Assembly: GCA_964247055.1 (NCBI GenBank)
Contig: OZ176053.1
Span: forward strand, 3,100,001 to 3,164,000
Source: Paragordius varius
Lineage: Eukaryota > Animalia > Nematomorpha
Length of the DNA stretch: 64,000 nt
Direction of reading: 5' to 3'
Positions within the stretch are counted from its first letter, which is position 1; each line of letters begins with the position of its first letter. The translations under genes and the position numbers were made by a program. The notes under the pieces were generated by a model. That model was not told the DNA's origin. It saw only the letters and a program-made list of their open reading frames with translations, and did no database searches. Below, in pieces: positions 45,801 through 56,651 of this stretch.

Positions 45801-46684
45801 GGTGTATATAAATATGTATTGTATATCACATAGCTTGAAGTGTCAGTATAACGATTAATGCAATAAATGCAGTTAGTTTTTTCATTTTTCTGCTATTAGA
45901 CAATATTTCGGATGCTCTCACATTCGTCATATAAAAATAATAGAATTAAGAAAACGCGTGGGCTAAATTTTATTTATTATATCATATGAATTGCTTAAAG
46001 TTAGTTGGAGAGCCCTTGAAACGATTGATTTAAATTGCATATTAGCTCATAAACAAATATTACGATTACGGTAAAATGTTTAAATTTTAAGCAATTAAAT
46101 GATTTTTTTTGTATATTACTTGCCCAAGGAATTTGAATGAATCTGAGTCTATATTAAATGGCAACTTTATAACTTGAAACTATTCTCCATATTTGGCTTT
46201 TAGTTATTGAAAAAAATAGATATCACCATTGGAATGTGCATTTTTTTCCATCTTTTATAACATACGAAAGGGCTAGAAAAGGGTTTTTGCGACGGACGTC
46301 AACGGATTTTTGCATTTATACTATTTTTTAGGGCTAAGGTTAAACAAAAAACTAATTTAAAAAATTGACTAGACTATGATTGCACATTCAATAAATAAAT
46401 AGCCATAACTAAATACGAATTGGCCACGTTTTCTCTAAATTACTTCAAAAAGATTTCCGGACTTGGTTTTAAAGCCAACTTTTCAGGTTTATATTATTAG
46501 TAAGTGTGCACAAAAATATTTATAACGACCATATTCGCACGAAACATAAATATCGCTCTGATGCAAAAATATTGTTAAAGACTTAGAACTTAAAACTCTT
46601 ACCGTCCTTTTCGGCGTCGGAATATAATGATAAAGTGATTAGAAAAGCCAAATATATAAAAATATTCAATTTAAAATCAGTCAT
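30873..46684 (-). CDS. Neprilysin-like M13 zinc metallopeptidase, 16 exons, 783 aa, probably secreted
   Basis: Exons 46684-46603, 44026-43820, 43529-42829, 42353-42267, 42240-42089, 41333-41138, 34919-34824, 34799-34722, 34335-34173, 34091-34043, 33972-33905, 33481-33357, 32406-32341, 31780-31679, 31419-31340, 30972-30873; 2352 nt in frame. Motifs [38 protein letters not shown] (33921-33935), ENIAD, HSPNRFRV, CP....MNP..KC. Exon 1 is the least certain. Confidence 0.92.
31015..31318. mobile_element. MITE of the 21-bp-repeat family interrupted by a hAT MITE (31089-31276)
   Basis: Ends match the 49131-49720 element (ttgcactt.agtgtc...; ...aaatggtatat). The inner element CAGTG...CACTG is flanked by ctttaaac/ccttatac (6 of 8 match, TSD-like). 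Confidence 0.7.
34429..34660. mobile_element. pogo/Tigger-like MITE (related copies at ~47153-47400, ~56650-56935, ~57655-57905)
   Basis: Shared end TACAGT(A/T)AAAATTGAA(A/G)TTATAC(G)GA and conserved internal catacttttt..aaacct; inverted end visible in several copies. Confidence 0.65.
35680..35990 (+). mobile_element. RTE LINE 3' fragment
   Basis: [14 protein letters not shown]...GFGHIERGE...[11 protein letters not shown] matches RTE C-terminal WFGH...EGKRxRGRP..W. Confidence 0.75.
37169..37718. mobile_element. MITE with ~38-bp TIRs, piggyBac-like ends
   Basis: cacttcgattcaaattggggtatctaaatacccc / ggggtatttagctaccccaatttgaatcaaagg; TTAA on the left, degenerate on the right. Confidence 0.6.
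38012..38243. repeat. Palindromic MITE-like hairpin (~90-bp arms) just upstream of the DNAJB6-like ATG
   Basis: Arms cagttatgtatcc...aaacaagagctctat / atagagctcttgttt...ggatacatgattg, flanked by TA. Confidence 0.8.
38318..40950 (+). CDS. DNAJB6: DNAJB6/MRJ-like class B J-protein, 8 exons, 439 aa
   Basis: Exons 38318-38382, 38407-38516, 38541-38759, 38821-38914, 39185-39523, 39806-40119, 40345-40429, 40857-40950 (1320 nt in frame). J-domain with [23 protein letters not shown] region, and the C-terminal [32 protein letters not shown]...KTING typical of DNAJB6/B8/B2. Confidence 0.92.
44080..44254. mobile_element. hAT MITE abutting the SINE tail
   Basis: CAGAGGTATTTAAAC...ATATTGGTCCACTG, with gtttag on both flanks; internally similar to 31089-31276. 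Confidence 0.65.
44255..44412 (-). mobile_element. tRNA-derived SINE copy
   Basis: Homologous to 24431-24625; B box GAGTTCGAACC. Confidence 0.7.
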
Positions 46685-46986
46685 CCATAATTTATTTGAA
46701 ATAAATAAATAAACAATTTTTTGAAAATATTTTTCTCCAAATTTATTATATTATAGGAATTTGAGAAATATTGATTTTCATCAATCAAAATCAATCAACA
46801 ATTTGTTTATGTTTTTCAACATTTTTGAAATTCCACGTTGAGTGTTTCCATTATTCCACCTATGCAAACATTCACACTTGTTAATTAATATATTATCATT
46901 ATAATATTATCATTTTTAATTAGTATATAGGAATTTTTGACCCCCTTTTTTAGGATATAAAATGGCCATTATCCATATTATATATA

Positions 46987-49900
46987 TCATTCTCGTAATG
47001 TTATAATGTTATTGTTATTTTTGGCTGGGATTTGCAATTGGGAAACTGAAAATGCAGAAGATGTTGTTGGTTTATCATGGGTAGAACCTATTTATTTTTT
47101 TCAATAAACAAAAAATATATGGACAACTACCATTCAATAATTTTTAGTAAGTTACAGTAAAAATTGAAATTATACAGGACAAAACGCATAAAAATAAAAA
47201 AATTTTCTTACAACCATATTTTAAATGTTTGATTTTAAAAATTACTTGTTTTGTCCAAAATAGGCAATAAAGATGTTAATTATTGGTAATATAATCAATT
47301 ATATATTTTATAATTGTTATTACTAAATTAAATAGGGAAATTCAAAAGGTGCAAAAAAAAGATGGTTGTCTTTTATAAAAAAAACATTTGTTTATGTTTT
47401 TATTTTAGGTTTGTCTGTATTATTTTAATTTAATTGAAAAATTACCTATGGGTGGATTTGAGGCGCTAACTATGCTTACGAGCTTATCTTTGGAGCCCGG
47501 GGCATTTTCTCGATGAGCACCTTTATTTTTATAATAAGCTATAATGATTGTTATAGCAAATATAGTTAGGGCACATGCTATAACAAGTCCTATCAAAAAT
47601 GGACCATTTGAAAGTAATCGTTTACTCAGAGATTTTTTGGCCGTATCTGTTAATCGTTCTGCTTTGGCACACCTTAAATGATAATCAATTAGGGCAGGAT
47701 AAACATAATTAAGAGAAGCACTACTTTAAAAGTATCTTAATTTGAGTTACATGATCAAAATAAAATTACTATTTAGACCGAAAACAATGGGACTATGTGA
47801 ACGAGCATTAAGCCATGCATTTGGGTGAATATATCGATTCAAGTGGCTCAATTGATATATAGGTTTTATATAATGTATGATTTAAAAGTTAAAAATTTTG
47901 ATCAAACCTTTTTTGCTCAAGAAAATTTATTAACAAAAACAAAATTGGGAACCACTTGAGTCGACTGATTCATATGATTTATTCACATTAGCAAAAATTT
48001 GAATCGGCTTGAAGGCTCATTCACATGGTCCACAGACTACAAAAATTATTTTTCAAAGACTAAATTTATTAATTATTTTATTGCATTTCTTATTAAATAA
48101 TATTATGTGTAACCTAAAACGTGTGGACATTTCTTCGCCCGTAAGACATTCACATCTATTTTTATGACAACGACCATTTTCACTGTTGATTTGGCAATCG
48201 GCATCGTATACACAAGTAAAGCCGCGTTTTACCTTAACCCTATCATCATCAATTTCATAATGTGGTTGCCCAGCTTTATCATTCTTATTCCTTATAACTA
48301 AGCTACTTTCAGTTATTACATTTTTTAGGGTTACACCTGTAGGTGTAGAATGTCGCAAACGATCATTTAATTTGGAGAATTGATTACCATGAATAATTGA
48401 TTTATTACATGTTTTATTTTTATCCATACTAGGGTAACAAGTACAATTCTCAAACGATGCTGAGTTTATACAGAAAACGTAATGTTCAGTAGGTGCGCAT
48501 GTTACATTTCGATACCTTTGTAACAAGTGACGAAATGAATCCGTCAAATATATCCAATGGTTTTTTGCATCTTGAGTTATCAAGTCGCTAGGATATTGCC
48601 ATGTTTTTGTTGTTAATTGTTTTTGAGTTTGAATTTTTTGTAGGGAATCAATTCTAAAGTGTCTAGTGGTGTGAAACATGAATTGTAACAACGGAGCCGT
48701 AGTTTTGGATTCAAGAGTTTGTTTGAATACAACGATGATTTTTTTACTCATGGCTGTGCCCATCCTATTTTTTGCCAAGCATGCCAGTTCTGACCGTTTT
48801 ATGAGGGCAAAATTGGTTATAATTAGCTTAGGCCCAATATCTGAAATAGCGAATTAAAATTTGATGATTTGTATTAATTAGATTTTTACGGAAAAATTAA
48901 GACAATACAGGTGATAGAATTGGGGCCTGGTGGTACAAATTAGTCTTATTAATTTTTATGCATTGATGTTTAAAAATTCATAACTTATTTTTGCGGGTGG
49001 GCCCGCCCATATTATAACGCTGCTAGATATTATCCTAAAATTTTTGTCAATGAATATTGACAACGTAAAAAATTAACCAATATATCCGAACTAAGCGCCA
49101 GATCCGGTATTCGCAATAAGTGGAGAAGTTATATACCATTTGCACTTCAAGAGTGTCCTTGAACACTTCAAGTTGGTCCTTTGACTTTTTTGTTTTGTTT
49201 TTAACTTTCAATCAAATCGTAAATAATTCATCGATTTTATTGTTTTTAACCTATTTCCTATTATTTAATATAAATTTTAAATCGATATCAACTTTTAATC
49301 TTTGAGAAACCGTATATCTTTATTAATTTCTTAAATTATTTTTGGATATTTATAAGATTTTAACACGAAATGAAAAAATATTTAAATTTTCTGGGTTATT
49401 AATTAAAAATTTTCATTAAAAACATTTAAAAGTCAATAATTTTGTTCAATTGGAAAAAAATAGTTTGAAACAAAAAAAAGTGGTTTTCAATAAAATTTTT
49501 TATATTTAAATGAATAAATATATAATAAATAGAGAAAATTAGGTAAATAAATAATAAAATAAAAAAATAAATGCAAATTATGGTTAAATCAAAATTTATA
49601 AATTTTAAGGACCAACTTGAAGTGTTCAAAAACCAACTTGAAATGTTCAAGGACCAACTTGAACTGTTCAAGGACCAACTTGAAGTGTTCAAAGACACTC
49701 TTGAAGTGCAAATGGTATATTATTGTTGCAGTTAGTCGGAATCGACCTTAGCAACAACAACAAAGAGCCTTCCATTTCTCTTTTTATCTCCAATAATAGC
49801 AAATATATTAACTCGATATAATGACTTTGTTGCACATAATTTTATGATCGAAAGATGGTAAACCTTTGCTCAGGCTTGCTCTTTTTGAAAAATCGTATCT

Positions 49901-52900
49901 TAAAAACAATAAAAAGCCTTTTTCACATTGTAAATCAAAAAAGTCAACTAAATTAACTAATATCATCTATAAAAAGTATAGGGAAAACATTAAAAATAAA
50001 ATTGATTCAATTACGGTAGAGTGTGCCATTCTTAATCCATAAAAAGTAGGGTGGTGGTTCAGTTGAAGCCATACATTCCAAAACTAACATTTCGCCAGGG
50101 CTCATATCATATATTGTGTAATCTAGATTGCTACTATTGACCTCCTCGGGTGCTTTATTCGCTTTTACATGTACGTTGTGTGGGATGGACATCATAGCTA
50201 ATTTAGTGGAAACTTTGTTGTTTTTCAGGCCAAAGCTTTGATTTATGTATAGATATTCCCATTTACAACTATTGAATGATTCAATAAAAATAATTTGTAG
50301 ATAAATATATGGCTTGAAACCGAAAGCATAAAAAACCAACCACATTACCAGTTTCTTTTCAGAAAATAGTTTTAAAACTTTTAAAAAAGAATAAAAATCG
50401 GTTTAATTTTCAATAGGCCGGAATAAGGAAAAAGGTAATGAATAAAATACATATAATAACAATAATGGTATAAATCAGGGCTTCTCAAACTTTTGTAGTT
50501 CCCGACCCCATTTATGATTGCGAGTTTCTTAACGACCCCAACAAATATAAAAGAAAAATAATAGTTTCTTAGAAATAACACTTAGAAATTTTGTTGATAA
50601 TATTTATCAGGATTATTTCGGTTTTGAGAGATGGACAAAAATAAATCTACAATTTTTATAAATTTCTATGACATTTTCTGATTCATAGTAAATTTATAGA
50701 AGATACTAGCAGGCCCTGTCACGCTTCGGTGTGGCGTAGTCTCACCGATAATTATTCTTAATAATTTGCAATAAATAGAATGGAGGTAAAAAATAATAAT
50801 AAACATATTTAATAAAAAGAATGTGTTTAATTATTCTTTTACAGGTTTTTGCATAGGCTGAAATATTGTTTACTCGAAATCCACCATATTCTGACCCTTA
50901 TTAAAGTTAATATTCAACTATCATTGAATTTATTTTAAGATATTCGTTTTACGAAATCATGGTTAAAAGTTCTAATTTGAAATTATATTCATACAGCTGG
51001 GATCAAGGGATATAAAAAGTAAATCATTTGTGTTCCCTTTTTAAAAGAAAGAATGATATTATACAAACTCCCCAGAAATGTGTTTAACTGAACTCGTATG
51101 GCTTCGTAAGTTTTTTGAAAATTAGCTCCAAAACTATGCCTATTTTGTATGGCGTCTCAGTTTTAAACCGGTAGACCACACTCATATACCTATATTAAAA
51201 AAGCGCTGAGTTAAATTGTTTGCCTTTATAGGGTAAATATTCGAAATCATCATTGATACCATCGTCTTATGGGTTATTCAAAAAAATACAACACTAAATA
51301 ATCGTTATATGATGGCGTTTTAGGGTATAAAGGCCCCAAATTAACGGCTAATAAAAAAAACCGATCGTAATTTTACCTAGTTACGGGTAATATTTTAAGC
51401 TTTTAATGAGTTCATATGGCTTCATAAATTTTCTGTAAATTAGCTCCAAAACAATGCAATTTCTATATAGTGGCGCAGTTTTAGCGGCTATCTGTTTACC
51501 CAGCAGCCAATATTAGAAAACGCAAGACTAAAATTTTTGTCTTTTAACAGAGAATAACTCGAAACTTAAGTGAATTTTAACGGTCTCATACCCTGGGCAA
51601 AATATTATTTAGTTTTTTTAAAAAAATGGCATTTTACGAGGGGAACGTAAAAAGAGAGAGACTAAATTAAAAAGGTAAGCCGACTAGGTTCGGCGCAATC
51701 AAAAAAAGTAAAAATAATTATATTTGAAATCGAATGCTACAACACGTTTTCCAGAAAATTGTCTCCACACGATTTTTCAGGACTGTTTTCAAAAAACGCC
51801 CTTTTATTACACTGGGTGGCCCGAAGGAGCCTAATTTAAAAAGGGCGAAGCTATTGTCGGGGCATTCATTAATGATTGTATTTTTTGACATTTGGATTTG
51901 AATGAGTCCAGCGGTTTTCCGGAAACAAATCACAAAGCCAGCATTTTCCATTTTTATAAATATAATGATTATAATGATCGGAATAGAAATGCAGGTATAA
52001 ACAGTCTTTCAGAACCAGAAGATTTTATGATATCTTTATCTACGATGATTGTTATTTTTATAACAATAATTTTACAAGTTAAAAACATTTTTTGTTAAAT
52101 TGTATTTTATCACTCGCGACCCCAAATGGGGTCGCGACCTATAGTTTAAGAAGCCCTGGTCTAAATAGTACATAAATTTTCCTAAAGCAAATGTTTTAGC
52201 CTAATTTTAGAGTAAAGTCCAAATATCTATCTTAAATAAATAAGATATGTGGTTTTTTCGGAATAAATTTTATAAAATAAAATTATACGAAAGAGATAAA
52301 ATTTTATCGTACGTCACAATTGAATTATCATAAGTTTCATCTAAATTGATCGTTGAAGATATGACATGTTTCTCATCGGCACTCCACCTAAGATCTTGCA
52401 AAGTTTCTTCCGCCAACACTTTTGATCGGGTAGAATTTGTCCAATTAACATAAATTGCTACCCTATTTTATAATTTAAGATAAATAAATATAATTAACTT
52501 GTGAGTTTAACTAAGTCGTTAATAGAGAGTATTTGAAGGATGTTGCATATCTTATACACACCTTAGTTTTTATTGGAATTAATCATATTAAATAGAGGAA
52601 AGTTAGTAGACCTACCCTTAGTCAATACAATAAAACCTAGCTCATTCCAAATGTATATAAGCCGTTAATTGGCCAATTGTTCAAATAGAATTAGTAACAA
52701 TGCATGATATATTTTATAAGAAAACACTAATCAAAAATACTTTATTTCTGGGAAAACTCCTTTAATAATACAATTAATTTGGGTTCCTCCACCTTTTCCT
52801 GCAAAAATAACCGTTTTTGAATCTGTACCATTACTATTATTTAGAGCCAATCTTGATACCCCATCGACAAAGTTATTTTCGGTGATGGTAATTTTGAAAA

Positions 52901-55900
52901 GGGTAGGTGGTTTAGGTGTTTCATGAATAATTAATTCTATGGCCTATAAAAATTTGGAAATTAGTTATTTTATTTTAAATAGATGTTTTGGAAAAAAAAA
53001 TTTCTAAAATTAACCCTATACTTATTATCCGTTAGATCATTAATAATGTTTAGCGACATAAATAATTGTAAAAAGTGTTTTTTTATTAGATGTGTTAATA
53101 CCTGTTGACCATTATGCGGACACGTACATAATTCATTATTATCCGCATTTTGCAGGAGGTTCATAAACGAGCAATAATATATGCCATTTTGTTCTTCTGG
53201 CGATTTTGCGACAAAACCAACTTTGAGATATGCGTTTTTGTCAGCAATTAGTTTGCCAAGAGACCATCTAATAAATCGGTTATCAAATCCTTTACTTACA
53301 TAGCATAAAATAACCACGACAGATTTTACCAATAGTAAATTAGGCGTTAAGATAATATGTCTATATAAAAATATATAACATAAAATGTATTAAATTGGTT
53401 AACGTTTACTTGGGGGACTTTCACTGGTTCAAATTTATTTTGTCATAAGGGCCTTTCTTATCAATTTTGAATTTGTAAGAGATATCACATAAAAATAAAA
53501 TCGATAATTGTCAATTGCATGTCGATACAAGACGAGATTTATAAATTTAAAGCACAATTAACTAAAATCCTATATTTAGCAATCAGAAAGTTTAATGGTT
53601 GCTTCAAAGTTTAGAATGAAGAGTTTATAAAATTACAAACGAACAACAAGTATTATTGAATTGTCGGTTGATGCAATGATTTTATTTTTTTCTTCTTTTA
53701 CATTTTTTATAACTTTGGGATTAATTTTTAATTAATTTCATGTATATTTTCCATAAATACATTTACTATTCAGATTCACCCTTGAACAATTCAAAATCAC
53801 CCTCAAACAATTCAAATTCACCCTTGAACAATTCAAATTCAGCCTAAAAATAAATTATGTGTTTTCGGGATAATATAATTCATCATTAATATGAATTATA
53901 TTTTTACGACATAGTTTATCATTTTTTCAGCATTATATTGATTTTAAACAGAATTTTATATTTTAAAAATATTATAAAATAAAGGTAATTTTTAATCTTA
54001 AAAAACACAAAATTTATTTTAGGCTGAATTGAACTGTTCAAGGGTTATTTACAATAAATGGTATAGCCTCTTAGCCCTCTCTTTATAAATCTCAATGAAA
54101 GAAATTTATAGAGATTGCATGGATCAAGAAGCGACCCCAGTTTAGTAAAAATAAAATTTGTAGGCCTGACGCTTCTGATTTCAGCATCCAAATAATAAAT
54201 AATACGCGTGTAGGAATAACTAATAAATTCGAAACTTTTAAATTATTTATTACCATTTATACATAAATATAAAGTTTAACAGCATATATAATGAATTTCA
54301 AAATATAAGTAGCCGTGTTCTGCTGTGTACTGTGAGTCGAAGGCAATGATATATCATTTACAGTTCAAATTCACCTTCGAACAATTCAAATTCACCCTAA
54401 AAATAAATTGTGTTTTCGAACTAGTATAATTCATTATTAATATGAAATATATGTTTATGATATAATTTATTATTTTTTCAGTATTATTTTAATTTAAAAC
54501 AAAACTTTTATTTTTGAAAAATATATAAAATATAGGTAATTTTTAATTTTAAAAAACATATTTTATTTGAGGGTAAATTTGAATTGTTTGAGGGTGAATT
54601 TGAATTGTTTGAGGGTGAATTTGAATTGTTCAAGGGTGAATTTGAATTGTTCAAGGGTGAATTTGAATTCAAGGATGAATTTGAATTGTTTAAGGGTGAA
54701 AACTGTAAATGGTATATACAATGGCCGGGGCATTAACGAAAACTAAGATAGCCACAATTTTATCCCGATTTAAGATTATTAACACAAAAATTATATTTTT
54801 AATTTATACATGCGATATGGGCACAAGAAGTATTGTATTTCTCTGTATTGACACAAATTTATGTGAAATTCGATTGAAAATATTTTTTATACGGCCTTTA
54901 TATGGTTTCGTAGGTCAGTTGTTTGAAATATGAAAGTTTATTATGATAAAGCCAAACCCATCGGCATATATTAATAAAATATTGGTGTGCAACAGGGGTG
55001 TCCAACACGAATGGGGGGCCGTATTTAAAAATGTAAATACAAAGAATCGATAGTACTGTATTAATATATATAATTTTTCTAAAGAATTCAAGACATGAAC
55101 ACAAAACATATTCTTTATACGGATAATATTAATTTAAGCATTTAATTTTCAAGATCATTAAAATAAATTATTTTTGCAAATTATATATTTTTATTTAATA
55201 AATACTAAATTTTTTTTGCAGGCAGTATGGGGTAGGAGGGCCGCATGGACCACCTGATCTACAATTTAAATTGGCCTATATTTTTTTAATTTGTTTCGAG
55301 GCCATAAATTAGTAAAAATTGTTTGCGTAATAACCTTATTTTTACAGGCTGGGGTTCGAATTACTTTTATTTTCATTATTTTTCGTTAAAGGTTTTTCAA
55401 TAAAAGTCGAGAATAAAAATCTAATTTTTTATTCATTAGCTTAAATTATATAATAGGTATGAGTAGGCTTTATAAATATAATATATTTACGCCTCATATT
55501 TCCTCATCAACTCATGTTGCAAAAGTAAGGAATCACTCTTAATATATTTTTTAGGATTCATAGCAATCAAAGATTCTGGCATATCAAAATTATCTTCTGC
55601 GTCACTTAAATTAGTATTGCTGTTATAAATATCATCATCGTATTCCGATTGATCTAAGCTCTTTGGAAACTTCATTAACGCAATTTTTAAACATTCAGTG
55701 TTCGTTTTTCCTGCTGCAAGGCAGGGATTTAATAAAAATTTTGGCCTTACTGATTCTTTATCACTGTTCTCCATATCTGGATTACCGAACAAAATTTCTG
55801 TCGGGTAATGGCATGTTAAAACAATCCTGTCCTGTACTAGAGCATGGTATTTACTGACATGCATATTAGCGTAATTAAATACACCCCTATTGGGTTCATA

Positions 55901-56227
55901 TAAATTTAATTCAATATCCTCCTCAATAATTGGACAATGAGGACAGATTTCGAAATCGTAAGTTAATTTATTCACTATATCTGTGTCATCATTTTGGTAG
56001 GAATTATTAAAATATGCACTTTGATTTGATTCGTGTTGTAAAAATGCAATCTTTTCCTGAATCCTTCCCTGGTGTTTAAACGTATCCGGATGTTTTAAAT
56101 GATATAGAAAACAATGCACATTGTATGATAAAGTAAAACATAATAAAATGGACACTAAATTGATAACCAATTTTGAGGAAAACAGTAAATAGAAATTTGG
56201 TGTTTTAAGATCAATAATATTCCACAT
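46987..56227 (-). CDS. Uncharacterised type I membrane Ig-superfamily protein (signal, ~3 Ig domains, Cys-rich EGF/EB-like modules, TM, short tail), 8 exons, ~892 aa
   Basis: Exons 56227-55491, 53294-53015, 52943-52741, 52462-52313, 50268-50015, 48840-48114, 47672-47446, 47087-46987, all phase-consistent. Ig hallmarks: IVLTCHYP...GIYYCSF; QINCIIKGVFP..VNW...IVTCKW; LVLECMASTEPPP.FLWIKNG...LACLAKNRMG. CVYDADCQINSENGRCHKNRCEC...C module; TM FLIGLVIACALTIFAITIIIAYY. Confidence 0.8.
49131..49720. mobile_element. MITE with long TIRs and 21-bp subterminal tandem repeats
   Basis: ATATACCATTTGCACTTCAAGAGTGTC... / ...GACACTCTTGAAGTGCAAATGGTATAT; about four copies of AAGGACCAACTTGAAGTGTTC at the right end. 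Confidence 0.85.
50476..52158. mobile_element. hAT MITE with 8-bp TSD, interrupted by a Helitron-like element
   Basis: TIRs CAGGGCTTCTCAAAC / TTTAAGAAGCCCTG; TSD gtataaat / gtctaaat (7 of 8 match). Confidence 0.85.
50704..51969 (+). mobile_element. Non-autonomous Helitron/Helentron-like element
   Basis: Starts TACTAGCAGGCCCTGTCACGCTTCG, ends CATTTTTATAAATATAATGAT; 51090-51965 aligns to parts of 16050-17880. Confidence 0.7.
53756..54717. mobile_element. Two MITEs (53756-54065, 54349-54717) of a second 21-bp-repeat subfamily
   Basis: Ends ATATA(T/C)CATTTACAGTT / AACTGTAAATGGTATAT; tandem AAGGGTGAATTTGAATTGTTC units (about six at 54570-54700). Confidence 0.8.
54993..55256. mobile_element. hAT MITE
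   Basis: CAGGGGTGTCCAAC ... GGGCCGCATGGACCACCTG; flanks gtgtgcaa / atctacaa (diverged). Confidence 0.65.
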
Positions 56228-56465
56228 CAGGTTGTTAAATAAGGACAACGAATAATAAATAATTATATTAAATCATATATTCTGCCAACCAATTATTTTT
56301 GATCGGATGACAAATGATATAAAATACGATATAGTGTGGATTTCATTTCATTTTTTGGTATTAAATTAGAATCAAATTTTCGATTAAATGTATTATAATA
56401 ATAAGTGTATAGAATGACACACAGTATTTTACTATAAAAATTTATTAATACATAAATATTATCAA

Positions 56466-56605
56466 CTAAGCTTCGACAATTTTTAATTTTTCCTTCAAGT
56501 AACGGGTAGAGATATCATAACTACCCAAAAATATTGCACCACCCAAGGAAATCCAAATGACACGTGGAATTATTCCAGAAAATAATCTAAATTATGGAGA
56601 AAAAA

Positions 56606-56651
<46 letters not shown>

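Noticed and set aside
47673-48113. Extra exon(s) in Ig-gene intron 6 (IYQLSHLNRYIHPNAW...)
   Set aside because: All frames contain stops or need unsupported junctions; direct splicing 48114 to 47672 is in phase and supplies the missing last Cys.
49120-52098. Short ORFs 49120-49305, 49426-49698, 51718-51951 and 51892-52098
   Set aside because: They fall within MITE and Helitron-like repeats; no domain signal.
54570-54705. Regular 21-bp repeats resembling a CRISPR array
   Set aside because: No unique spacers, head-to-tail units inside MITE TIRs, eukaryotic context, no cas genes.
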